Source of the DNA: an uncultured Thermoplasmatales archaeon
GTDB lineage: Archaea > Thermoplasmatota > E2 > DHVEG-1
Assembly (NCBI GenBank): GCA_964618505.1
Contig: CAZUBH010000003.1
Location: 20,687-84,686, forward strand
Length of the DNA: 64,000 bases
Direction: 5' to 3'
The position numbers and the translations under genes are program-made. Shown one piece after another: positions 37,616-47,175 of the stretch. Position 1 is the first letter of the stretch. Each line of letters begins with the position of its first letter. The notes beneath the pieces are model-generated. The model did no database searches. It had not been told where the DNA came from and saw nothing but the letters and a program-made list of their open reading frames with translations.

Positions 37616-39382
37616 ATGGGGTATAAGATTAATTATGATAAAGCTGAAGATGCTTATGATTTTATTAAGCAGGAATTGATTAAAAAAGGATACCATGTAA
37701 ATGGGTATAAAGAAATATCCTATGGAATACAATTTTATATTAAACTTGATAATGTAACTGAACTTCTTCGCATTTATTCCAGTAAAAAAGGAACTACTTT
37801 TGATGATTCACAAATTAAAAATATAAAAATTAAAAGTGATGTTTTATCAATATTTAATCTGACAGAAGATGATGAAACTTCCACAGAAAAAGAAGAGGTT
37901 TCATATGGAACTGTTTATTCTTTATGCGTTGGGATAAATAATTTCGTTGATAATAATTATGGTTCTTTAACTTATGCTGATAAAGATGCTGAAGAGCTTC
38001 ATCAATTACTTGTTGAAAAGTTTGGTGTGGGTGACGGTACTATAAAATTAGTCGATCAGGAGGCAAATTATAGAGATATTGTTAGCTCTATCGAAAATAT
38101 CAAAAAATTAGCAAAATTAGAAGATATAGTAATAATATTTTTTGCTACACATGGTGAATTTTTAAGACATAATGGATCTACTGATTTTTATTTAGTGTCT
38201 CATGATAGCGATCATAACAATCTGATACCAACTTCATTAGCTATGAGAACTCTTAAAAGTTTAGTATCAGAAATAAAATCTGAAAGAAAAGTGATTTTTT
38301 TAGACACATGTCATAGTGGTGGAATAACAAGACGAGACGGCAGAGATGTATCTTCAGATGTTAAAGAAGAGATTTTTAAAAATTTCTCCTCCGAAGATTT
38401 TGTGATTATTACATCTTGCCTTGAAAATGAATCATCACATGAGTCAAAAAAGTTTGAACATGGAGTTTTTACATATTATCTCTTGAGTGGTTTAACTGGT
38501 GCTGTTGAAATTAAAAATGATACAATTGATCTCTACACGTTATTTGTTTATATTAATAAATATGTAAAAGAATATGTGAAATCGGAACATAAGCGTAGTC
38601 AAACTCCAAGATTTTTCAGTAATCTAAAAGGACCTTTTGTTTTACCAAAATTAAAAGAATCAATTAAAAAAAGTTCAAATCTTAAACAATATATCAAGCC
38701 TGAACTTGATAATAAATCAGTTAAAGTAAAATTTGAAAATATTAATTGTATCGGTATTGATGAATCAGGTAAAGGAGATTATTTTGGACCATTAGTTATA
38801 GCAGGTGTATATGTTGATACTCAAGAAAAAGTCGAAAAATTAAAATCAATGGGTGTTAAAGATAGTAAAAAACTTAGTGATACAAGAATTAATGCATTAG
38901 CAAAAAGAATTATTCAAGATTTTGATAATGAAATAATAGTAATCTCTCCTTCCAAATATAATACTCTTTATGATAAGATGGCAAATATGAATGAAATACT
39001 TGCTTGGGGTCATTCTCAATCTTTAGAACAAATATTAATGAGAAATGAAGAATGTGAAATAGCAATTTCAGATCAATTTGCATGGAAAGAATTGTTGTTA
39101 AGTAAATTAAAAGAAAAAGGAAAACAAATCCAAGTAATACAAAGACCTAAAGCAGAGGAAAATCTTGTTGTTGCAGCTGCTTCAATTCTTGCAAGATCAA
39201 AGTATATTAACTATCTGGATAGGATGGGAAAAGATTTTAAACATAATTTTCCGAGAGGAGCAGGTCCTTTAGTTATTGATAGTGGAGTTAATTTTAAAAT
39301 AAAAGGTCTTGATTTAAATCAAGTAGCAAAAACAAGTTTTGGAACAACAAAAAAAATTAATGAATTATTTAATTCTAAGTAA
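37616..39382 (+). CDS. Three-part fusion protein: RNase HIII-like N-terminal domain + caspase-like (peptidase C14) His/Cys domain + RNase HIII catalytic domain
   Basis: The N-terminal ~90 aa (YIKLDNVTELLRIYSSKKGTTFDD) is reminiscent of the RNase HIII TBP-like N-domain. aa ~95-330 carry the caspase His (IIFFATHGEF) and Cys (VIFLDTCHSGG) dyad. aa ~375-588 start with GIDESGKGDYFGPLVIAGVYV, the RNase HIII-specific GKGDYFGP version of the RNase H2-family motif, and the rest aligns with the H2-fold catalytic core. Confidence 0.7.
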   Translation: MGYKINYDKAEDAYDFIKQELIKKGYHVNGYKEISYGIQFYIKLDNVTELLRIYSSKKGTTFDDSQIKNIKIKSDVLSIFNLTEDDETSTEKEEVSYGTVYSLCVGINNFVDNNYGSLTYADKDAEELHQLLVEKFGVGDGTIKLVDQEANYRDIVSSIENIKKLAKLEDIVIIFFATHGEFLRHNGSTDFYLVSHDSDHNNLIPTSLAMRTLKSLVSEIKSERKVIFLDTCHSGGITRRDGRDVSSDVKEEIFKNFSSEDFVIITSCLENESSHESKKFEHGVFTYYLLSGLTGAVEIKNDTIDLYTLFVYINKYVKEYVKSEHKRSQTPRFFSNLKGPFVLPKLKESIKKSSNLKQYIKPELDNKSVKVKFENINCIGIDESGKGDYFGPLVIAGVYVDTQEKVEKLKSMGVKDSKKLSDTRINALAKRIIQDFDNEIIVISPSKYNTLYDKMANMNEILAWGHSQSLEQILMRNEECEIAISDQFAWKELLLSKLKEKGKQIQVIQRPKAEENLVVAAASILARSKYINYLDRMGKDFKHNFPRGAGPLVIDSGVNFKIKGLDLNQVAKTSFGTTKKINELFNSK

Positions 39383-39856
39383 ATATAATAAGATCTCCTC
39401 TTTAATACCTTTAAACTTGATACCTTCTTTTTGAAATCCAATTCTTTCAAGTAATACTTGCATTCCTGTATTATTAATCCTTGTTGTAGCAAATATTTTT
39501 TTTGAAGGGGATATGTCTATCAATTTATTGATTAAATCATAGCAAACATTTCTTCTTCTAAAATGTTCTTTTGTATAGGCATAGCCAATTTCAAATATAT
39601 ATTCATTAACTTTATCAGGTATATTTGCTTTTTTAAAAACTGAATTTTTATAATTTATATCTGGATTTTTAAGAGCGGCTACCCCAGCAATTTCATTTTC
39701 GATATAATTAAAACCAAGTATCTCAGCACTCTTTATTCTTTTATTAAGAAAATATAGATTATCTTGGTTTCCTAATAATATCAAATTATAGAATGACTGA
39801 ATTTCATTTTTGCTACAATCTATAGGCTTTTTCGTTACTATCATTATTTTATGCAA
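39365..39856 (-). CDS. GNAT family N-acetyltransferase
   Basis: 163 aa; GVAALKN...IGYAYTKEHFRRRNVCYDLINKLID...GMQVLLERIGF; overlaps the 3' end of the fusion gene by 18 nt (convergent). Confidence 0.55.
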   Translation of the reverse strand: MHKIMIVTKKPIDCSKNEIQSFYNLILLGNQDNLYFLNKRIKSAEILGFNYIENEIAGVAALKNPDINYKNSVFKKANIPDKVNEYIFEIGYAYTKEHFRRRNVCYDLINKLIDISPSKKIFATTRINNTGMQVLLERIGFQKEGIKFKGIKEEILLYLLRIK

Positions 39857-39884
39857 CTTCCTGTTAATACATGAATTTACTTTT

Positions 39885-40031
39885 TCATATTTTTCTCAAT
39901 TTTTCAATTTCTTCTTCTAACTCTTTAACTCGCTTTTTTAATTGTTCATTCTCACGTCTCAAAAAAGATGCATCACTTTCGGCATGATCTCTTTGATTTT
40001 TTAACCAAAAAGGATATTGTCCATAAGACAT
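39885..40031 (-). CDS. Small coiled-coil protein (48 aa)
   Basis: Hand-translated MSYGQYPFWLKNQRDHAESDASFLRRENEQLKKRVKELEEEIEKLRKI; GGGAGAGG Shine-Dalgarno 6 nt upstream of the ATG. Confidence 0.3.
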   Translation of the reverse strand: MSYGQYPFWLKNQRDHAESDASFLRRENEQLKKRVKELEEEIEKLRKI

Positions 40032-40152
40032 TATTTACCTCTCCCATATGATTATATTTTTATAAATATAGAAACTAATCAGCTACTTATTTAAATATTT
40101 ACTCTGGATTTTTCTCCAATAAAAAAGGGGAATATTATTCCCCAAATTATGA

Positions 40153-40362
40153 TTATAACGGTGTATATACCTTTGATATTTTGCTTATTATTTTTACACC
40201 ACGATTTTTTGTTATTTGATATTGAACCTCATCTCCTGGGTTGAGATCATATTTTTTTAGAATATTTCCTTGGGTAGGTATTCCTGTGCAATATTCTCGA
40301 TCATCTGGATCTGTACATTCGACATATAGGCTTATTATTCCATCATGTATATTTTTATTCAT
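40153..40362 (-). CDS. Hypothetical small protein (possible OB-fold/TRAM-like)
   Basis: 69 aa, no clear motif; co-oriented and adjacent to the nuclease-like gene. Confidence 0.3.
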   Translation of the reverse strand: MNKNIHDGIISLYVECTDPDDREYCTGIPTQGNILKKYDLNPGDEVQYQITKNRGVKIISKISKVYTPL

Positions 40363-40380
40363 TTTTTATTTCACCAAAAA

Positions 40381-40785
40381 TCAATATTCAACTTTTTTAT
40401 TATCGTTTACAAAATATACATTGATTTTTAGTTTGTTAAGAGATGGTTTAATACGTTCAATAATTCGCCTATGTGCTCCGTCACCAGGAAAAGCAATACC
40501 AACTTTACAATCCTTATTTTTTTCAAGAGTTTGCATAGTCTTATATACTGCCATAGCAACATGGTTTTTCTTTTGTGCATGAGTAAATTCTTTTCCTTCC
40601 CGGTTGCTATGTTTAGAACTTGTTTGACCTTTCGCTTCAATGAAGAGTTTTATTCCGTTTTTTTCTGCAATGATGTCATATCCTTTTTGATAAGTATCAC
40701 ATTTTTCTATGATAGTATATTCATTATGTTCTAAATGTTCACAAACAGAATCTATAATGTCATTTTCAGTTAGCATTTGAATCAA
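40381..40785 (-). CDS. PD-(D/E)xK-fold nuclease-like protein (Hjc/restriction-endonuclease-like)
   Basis: 134 aa; GYDIIAEKNGIKLFIEAKG fits D-x(n)-E-x-K with spacing like Hjc-type resolvases and Mrr-like nucleases. Confidence 0.5.
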   Translation of the reverse strand: MIQMLTENDIIDSVCEHLEHNEYTIIEKCDTYQKGYDIIAEKNGIKLFIEAKGQTSSKHSNREGKEFTHAQKKNHVAMAVYKTMQTLEKNKDCKVGIAFPGDGAHRRIIERIKPSLNKLKINVYFVNDNKKVEY

Positions 40786-40839
40786 TGTTAGTTAAATCTA
40801 TATTGATAAACTTTATTTCTTTTTTATTAATTTCATCAT

Positions 40840-40959
40840 ATGTTGATTATTATGATTTGTAAAATCTGTGGAGTTAATGAAACAGATAATCCAGACGGTA
40901 TCTGTGATGACTGTAAATTTTCAATAATTGATAATGATGATATTCCTCCTACGTTTTGA
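40840..40959 (+). CDS. Mini zinc-ribbon protein (39 aa, CxxC-x11-CxxC)
   Basis: Hand-translated MLIIMICKICGVNETDNPDGICDDCKFSIIDNDDIPPTF; lies immediately upstream of the helicase gene. Confidence 0.35.
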   Translation: MLIIMICKICGVNETDNPDGICDDCKFSIIDNDDIPPTF

Positions 40960-41062
40960 AAACCTTTAAATCGTTTACTTCTATTCAACTGATTGATCTT
41001 TGGGGAGGAGCTAGAGATACTGTTTAGTTTTCTCTTTCAAAAAGGATTTGAGGTGAAATATA

Positions 41063-44000
41063 TTGGAATTATTTGAAGGACAAATTATATCGGCATCTTT
41101 TTTAAATGATAAAGCAGAAGTGAAAAAGTTTGAGCGTCGTGCTGGTTATTATGTTCTTGAAGTAATTCTTTGTGGTAACCGGACTTTTAAAACTTTAAGG
41201 ATTTCTGAGTCTCAATTAAATCAGATTAAGGTTGTAACTTCTGATGTGTTGTCTTTTTCTAAGAATAGTGAAGATTTTTTCTTTTGGGTTGAGGCTAATA
41301 TTCTTAGATTGGCTTATCAGTTTGATCCTTTGCTTGCTGTTAATGTTTCTCAAGTAGATCCTCTTCCACATCAAATTGAAGCAGTGTATTCATATATATT
41401 GCGTGATCCAAAGGTCAGATTTTTAATTGCTGATGATGCTGGTGCGGGTAAGACTATTATGGCTGGTCTTGCGATAAAGGAACTGCAATATAGGAATATG
41501 GCTAAGAATGTTCTTGTGGTTGCTCCGGGTCATCTTAAGTATCAGTGGCAGCGTGAGATGAAAACTAAGTTTGGTACTAATTTTACTCTTGTTAATCGTG
41601 CGTTGATGGATTCTCATTGGGGTGAAAATGTTTGGGAGAATCTTAATTTTTGTGTAACATCAATTGATTTTCTTAAACAGGATGATATTATTGATAAGTT
41701 AAATGCTTCTTCTTGGGATTTTGTGGTTGTTGATGAAGCTCATAAGATGTCTGCATATGGTTATTCTAGTAAGAAAGGTGTTAAAATTGATAAAACGGGT
41801 AGGTATAAGGTTGGTGAGATTCTTTCTAAAAGAGCTACTCATATGTTGTTTTTAACGGCGACTCCGCATCGTGGTGATGAAGAGAATTTCCGTTTGTTTC
41901 TTGATTTGCTTCGTCCAGGTTTTTTTTCTAAAACTGATTTGTTAAAGGAGTCTATTCAAAATGATGAAAATCCTCTTTTTATTCGTCGTCTTAAGGAAGA
42001 CATGAAGGATTTTAAGGGTAACCAGCTTTTTACTCCTCGCCATGTGAGTACTGTGAGTTTTCCATTAACTGCTGAAGAGGATCATTTGTATCGTGAGGTT
42101 ACTAATTATGTTAAGGAACATTTTGATAGGGCTAAAGAAAATCGTTCTATTACTTTTGCTATGATGATTCTTCAGAGACGTTTGACTTCAAGTACGTATG
42201 CGATTCTTCGTTCTTTAGAGAGGCGGAAAGCTCGTCTTGAAGAAATTTTAGAATTGCCTGATAAAATTAATCAGGATAAAGAGTATGAAAAGGTAAAAAA
42301 TATTTCTCAGGAAGATCTTGATGATATGGGTGAGGAGGATCGCTGGGCGATTGAAGAGAAACTTATGAATTTAACTCTTGCTTCTAATATTTCTGAGGTT
42401 GAAGCTGAGATTGAAAAAGTTGGTGAGCTTATTGAGCTTGCTAAAACGGTTCATTCTAAAGAAATTGAGAGTAAGCTTGTGAAACTTCGTGATGAGATTC
42501 TTTCTACAATTGGGGATAATAAACTTTTAATTTTTACTGAGTTTAGAGATACTGTTGATTATTTAGTTGAAAAACTTCAATCCTGGGGTTATAAGGTTAA
42601 TACTATTCATGGTAGTATGAATATGGATGCTCGTATTGAAGCTGAGCATCAGTTTAAAAATGATACGCAGATTTTGGTTGCTACTGAGGCTGCTGGTGAG
42701 GGTATTAATCTTCAGTTTTGTTCTCTTATGGTTAATTATGATATCCCTTGGAATCCTAATCGGCTTGAGCAGAGAATGGGTCGTATTCATCGTTATGGTC
42801 AGAAAAAAGAGGTTTTTATTTATAATATGGTAAGTAAAAATACTCGTGAAGGGCAGATTCTTGAGCGTTTGTTTCAGAAGCTTAACAGTATGCGTGATGC
42901 ACTTGGTTCTGATCGTGTTTTTGATGTTATCGGTGAAATAATTCCTGGTGAGAGTCTTGAGGATATTTTAAAAGATGCAATTACGGGTCAGCGTCGTATT
43001 GAGGAGATTTATCAGATTGTTGATGAGATTGATGCTGCTGAAGTTGAAAAGAAGATGGAAAATATTTTTATGACTAGTCTTGCAACTCGTCATATTGATT
43101 ACTCGGGTATTATGAATAGTATTCATGAGGCTGATGAGAATCGTTTGATGCCTGAGTATATTGAGGATTTTTTCCTTCGTGCGTTTTCTCGTTTTGGTGG
43201 TAAGTTTGAAAAACGAACTGATACGTATAGTATTAAATCTGTTCCTTATGAGCTTAGAAAATTCAATAAGGATTATGATTTTAAATCAAGTTATGGAAAA
43301 GTTGAGAAATCGTATTCAAAGATTACTTTTGATAAACAAAAAGCAAAGGATAATCCAGAATATGAATATGTTGCCCCAGGTCATCCTTTGCTTGAAGCAG
43401 TGAATCAAAAAGCAATTGAGGACCGTGGTCATGATGATGCTGTCGCTGTTTTTACTGATGAGACAAACTCTCTTGAGGGTGTTCTTTGGTTTATTGAAGG
43501 AGAGCTTTTAGATGGACAGGGGCAGGTTGCTGGTAAAAGAGTGTTTAGTGTTTTTCAAAATATAAAAGGAGAGTTTGAAAAGGTTAATCCTTCTATTATT
43601 TGGGATCTTGCCCCAGCTGATAATGTTGTTTTAACGGAGACTCAGAGGCGTATGTTTGGTAAGAAAAATGATGTTGAAGAATATGCGATTACTGAAATCA
43701 TGTTTCCATATAAAGAAGAAATTGAGAAACAACGGAAGAAGGAATCTGATATAAAAGAAAAATATGGTTTGCGTTCACTTGATTATTTGCTTCAGGAATC
43801 CAATGATAAACTTCTTCATTACCAGGAGCAGCTTGAAGAAGGAAAAGATATGAATATTGCTATTATTAATGAGGAGAAACGAAAAGAGGATTTTGAGGAG
43901 AAACATGGTGCTCTTGTAGAAGAGATAAAACTTGAGAAAGAAATAACTGTATCTGAACCAAAAATTCTTGGTTCTGCAGCTGTATTGCCACTTAGCAGAG

Positions 44001-44437
44001 CTAAACCTGAGGTTTCAAAAGAGCTTAGTGGTGGTGGAATGACTCGTGATGATGAAATCGAAGCAGTAGGGATGGAAGAAGCAAAGAAGTTTGAAAAGGA
44101 AAATGGTTGGAGTCCACAGGATGTTCATAAAGAAAATCTTGGTTTTGATATAAGATCAACAAGATATCGGGAAGATGGAACTTTTGAGGATATTCGTTAT
44201 ATTGAGGTAAAAGCTCGTGCGCAGGATGGTTCAATTAGAGTTTCTGCTAATGAATGGAAAAAGGCTAAACGTTTTCAGGATAAGTTTTGGTTGTATGTTG
44301 TAACTTTTGCAGGTACTGATAATCCTAAACTAGAGCGTTATAAAAATCCTGAAAAAACCTTCACAATTGATGAAGATATTTATGCAACTGGTTATATTAT
44401 CCCAAAGGAAAAAATCTTGAAGGCGGTGAGTGAGTGA
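41063..44437 (+). CDS. SNF2-family helicase fused to C-terminal DUF3883-type PD-(D/E)xK nuclease-like domain
   Basis: Motifs I LIADDAGAGKT, II VVDEAHKM, III LFLTATPHRG, VI QRMGRIHRYGQ. C-terminal GFDIRSTRYREDGTFEDIRYIEVKARAQDGSIRVSANEW...LYVVTF is the DUF3883 pattern. Apparent TTG start with GAGGTGA Shine-Dalgarno 8 nt upstream. Confidence 0.85.
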   Translation: MELFEGQIISASFLNDKAEVKKFERRAGYYVLEVILCGNRTFKTLRISESQLNQIKVVTSDVLSFSKNSEDFFFWVEANILRLAYQFDPLLAVNVSQVDPLPHQIEAVYSYILRDPKVRFLIADDAGAGKTIMAGLAIKELQYRNMAKNVLVVAPGHLKYQWQREMKTKFGTNFTLVNRALMDSHWGENVWENLNFCVTSIDFLKQDDIIDKLNASSWDFVVVDEAHKMSAYGYSSKKGVKIDKTGRYKVGEILSKRATHMLFLTATPHRGDEENFRLFLDLLRPGFFSKTDLLKESIQNDENPLFIRRLKEDMKDFKGNQLFTPRHVSTVSFPLTAEEDHLYREVTNYVKEHFDRAKENRSITFAMMILQRRLTSSTYAILRSLERRKARLEEILELPDKINQDKEYEKVKNISQEDLDDMGEEDRWAIEEKLMNLTLASNISEVEAEIEKVGELIELAKTVHSKEIESKLVKLRDEILSTIGDNKLLIFTEFRDTVDYLVEKLQSWGYKVNTIHGSMNMDARIEAEHQFKNDTQILVATEAAGEGINLQFCSLMVNYDIPWNPNRLEQRMGRIHRYGQKKEVFIYNMVSKNTREGQILERLFQKLNSMRDALGSDRVFDVIGEIIPGESLEDILKDAITGQRRIEEIYQIVDEIDAAEVEKKMENIFMTSLATRHIDYSGIMNSIHEADENRLMPEYIEDFFLRAFSRFGGKFEKRTDTYSIKSVPYELRKFNKDYDFKSSYGKVEKSYSKITFDKQKAKDNPEYEYVAPGHPLLEAVNQKAIEDRGHDDAVAVFTDETNSLEGVLWFIEGELLDGQGQVAGKRVFSVFQNIKGEFEKVNPSIIWDLAPADNVVLTETQRRMFGKKNDVEEYAITEIMFPYKEEIEKQRKKESDIKEKYGLRSLDYLLQESNDKLLHYQEQLEEGKDMNIAIINEEKRKEDFEEKHGALVEEIKLEKEITVSEPKILGSAAVLPLSRAKPEVSKELSGGGMTRDDEIEAVGMEEAKKFEKENGWSPQDVHKENLGFDIRSTRYREDGTFEDIRYIEVKARAQDGSIRVSANEWKKAKRFQDKFWLYVVTFAGTDNPKLERYKNPEKTFTIDEDIYATGYIIPKEKILKAVSE

Positions 44438-47172
44438 AGAAACGTTTTATTGAATGGGATTTACCACTTGCAGAAATATCGGAAGCATCTGCAAATGAAA
44501 AGAACATTAGACATGGTCATCCATCTACACTCCATGTTTGGTGGGCAAGAAGACCACTAGCATCAAGCAGAGTTACAAATTTTACAGCATTAATAGATGT
44601 ACCAGATGATAAAAGCAAAAGAAAACAAATTACTGAGTTAATCAAAAATATATCTTCTTGGGAATCTGTAAAAAATGGTAATGACAAAAATATCAAAAAA
44701 TCTCAAGAGATTATAAAAGAAAATTGGGGGGATAATAAACCAAAAGTTTTAGATCCTTTTTCAGGCGGAGGATCAATACCTTTAGAGGCATTAAGATTGG
44801 GGTGTGATACATATATTAATGATTATAATCCTGTTGCGGTTTTAATTGAAAAAGCGACTATTGAATGGCCTCATAAATTTGGATTTTTGATCCCCCATCC
44901 TGATAAAAGTTCCGGAATTGATGGCGAAGTAGAAAAAATAAATTTTTTAAGTTATATGGTTGAAAAATGGACAAATAAAATATTAAATCAAGTAAAACAT
45001 GAAATTGGAAATTTTTATCTAAGTAAAGATGATGGTTCTATACCTGTAGGTTATCTATGGGCTAGAACAATTCCTTGTCAAAATCCCAATTGTGGAATAG
45101 AAATTCCTCTCGTTCGTCAATTTTGGTTATCAAAAAAATCTAATAAAAAAATTGCTTATAAACCTATAATTAATAAATCAAATAAAACAATAGATTTTGA
45201 AATTTTAAAAGACAACATGGGTGATTTTAATCCAAGTGAAGGAACTATTTCCAGAGGAAATGCAATTTGTCCTTTTTGTGGACAGGTTACTGAAGTCAAA
45301 AAAGTAAGAAAATTAGCACAAAATGGAAAGATGGGTGAAAGACTAGTAGTAAATATATATCGTCATCATAATAAAGTTGGTAAAACGTATACAATTTCAA
45401 CTGATAAAGATTTTAAAATTTTCAAAGAAATTGAGAAACTTTTAAAGGATAAACAAGAAAATTGGAAATGGTTGGAAAAACCAGTTCCTGATGAAGAACT
45501 TCCTTTGATGAGCGGAGTTTTTAATGTTCCATTATATGGTATAGATAATTGGGGTAAATTGTTTAATCCTCGTCAGAAACTATCATTAATAACCTTTTTA
45601 GAAAAGATAAAATCATCTTATAAAGAAATTTTATCTGAATGCAAACAAATAAATATTGAAAAAAATGGGAAAAATCCTGAGGAAGCTGCAAAAGCGATAA
45701 TGGGCTTTTTAGGAATTGTACTTGACATGCACGCTGCATTTAATAATAGGAATGCAAGATGGGAAAATACATCGGAAGCAATAAAGCATCTTTTTGGAAG
45801 ACAAGCATTAGGGATGATGTGGGATTATGTTGAAGTTTCTCCATTTAGTGGTTCCTCTGGTACACCAACATCAGGATTAGAATATTATAAAAAAAATATT
45901 GAATTCACTTCAAATGATGCACTGACAGGCAGAATCTTTATGACTAACACATCTGCAACATCCTTGCCATATTCGAACGATTTTTTCGATGCAATATTTA
46001 CAGATCCACCTTATTATAATAATGTACCATATGCAGATTTATCTGATTTTTTTTATGTCTGGTTAAAAAGAAGTGTTGGTGATTTATTTCCTGAAATGTT
46101 TTCGACACCATTAGCACCAAAATCAAAGGAAATTTGTGAAATGGCAGGGTGGGATAGTAAGAGATATTCAAATAAAGACCAAGCATTTTTTGAAACTGAA
46201 TTATCCAACTCATTTAAAGAGATATATCGTGTATTAAAACCAGAAGGTATTGTTACAATTGTTTATGCGCATAAAACAACAAAGGGATGGGAAACTGTAT
46301 TAAATTCTTTAATAAACGCAGGTCTTGTAGTAACAGCATCATGGCCTATACATACAGAGATGAAAGTTCGTCTAAGAGCAGCTTCTTCGGCAGCATTAGC
46401 ATCATCTATTTATCTTGTTTGTAGAAAAAAAGGTAGAAAAAAAGTTGGTTTCTATAGTGAAATTCAACCATTAATTAAAGAAAAAGTAGAAACTAAACTT
46501 AAACAATTTTGGGATGAAGGGATAGTGGGCGGTGACTTTTTTATTTCTTCGATTGGACCAGGTATGGAGATATATAGTCAGTATGAAAAAATTGAAAAAT
46601 TTTCAGGTGAAAAAGTTACGACAGTTGAGTTATTAGATTACATTCGAACAGTTTCTACTGATTTTATTGTAGGAAAACTTTTAAAAGATGCATCATCAGC
46701 TATTATTGATAATGAATCAGAATTTTATTTAGCCTATCGCTGGACATACCAAGATAATACTGTAGAATATGATGATGCAAGAAAATTATCAAATGCAAGT
46801 GGTGTTAATCTTGAAAAACTTTGGAATACTAATAGTTTTGTTGAGAAGAGTGGTTCAAAAATTAGGATACTTGGTCCAAAGGAACGCAATAAATTTGAAT
46901 CTTCACAAAACATGGTTGATGTTATGCATAAATCCTTATTATTCTGGGAAAACGGTGATAGGGAAAATATTTCAAAATTATTAGCAGAAACCGGATATGG
47001 TAAAGACCCTGCTTTTAAACAATTTTGTCAAGCTATTGCAGAATCACTTCTCAATGGTAATAAAGAAAAACAATTATTAGAAGGATTTTTAATAGGTATT
47101 GATGCTTATACAAGAGGAAAAGCAAAAGCTCCAAAGGATCAAACAGATTTAAAACAATTTGGAGGGAGTTAA
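44434..47172 (+). CDS. DUF1156-type DNA methyltransferase (N6-adenine/N4-cytosine, DPPY class)
   Basis: WWARRPLASSR (DUF1156 hallmark), motif I LDPFSGGGSIPLEA, catalytic FTDPPYYNNVPY; GTG start overlaps the helicase TGA (GTGA). Confidence 0.8.
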   Translation: MKKRFIEWDLPLAEISEASANEKNIRHGHPSTLHVWWARRPLASSRVTNFTALIDVPDDKSKRKQITELIKNISSWESVKNGNDKNIKKSQEIIKENWGDNKPKVLDPFSGGGSIPLEALRLGCDTYINDYNPVAVLIEKATIEWPHKFGFLIPHPDKSSGIDGEVEKINFLSYMVEKWTNKILNQVKHEIGNFYLSKDDGSIPVGYLWARTIPCQNPNCGIEIPLVRQFWLSKKSNKKIAYKPIINKSNKTIDFEILKDNMGDFNPSEGTISRGNAICPFCGQVTEVKKVRKLAQNGKMGERLVVNIYRHHNKVGKTYTISTDKDFKIFKEIEKLLKDKQENWKWLEKPVPDEELPLMSGVFNVPLYGIDNWGKLFNPRQKLSLITFLEKIKSSYKEILSECKQINIEKNGKNPEEAAKAIMGFLGIVLDMHAAFNNRNARWENTSEAIKHLFGRQALGMMWDYVEVSPFSGSSGTPTSGLEYYKKNIEFTSNDALTGRIFMTNTSATSLPYSNDFFDAIFTDPPYYNNVPYADLSDFFYVWLKRSVGDLFPEMFSTPLAPKSKEICEMAGWDSKRYSNKDQAFFETELSNSFKEIYRVLKPEGIVTIVYAHKTTKGWETVLNSLINAGLVVTASWPIHTEMKVRLRAASSAALASSIYLVCRKKGRKKVGFYSEIQPLIKEKVETKLKQFWDEGIVGGDFFISSIGPGMEIYSQYEKIEKFSGEKVTTVELLDYIRTVSTDFIVGKLLKDASSAIIDNESEFYLAYRWTYQDNTVEYDDARKLSNASGVNLEKLWNTNSFVEKSGSKIRILGPKERNKFESSQNMVDVMHKSLLFWENGDRENISKLLAETGYGKDPAFKQFCQAIAESLLNGNKEKQLLEGFLIGIDAYTRGKAKAPKDQTDLKQFGGS

Positions 47173-47175
47173 AAT

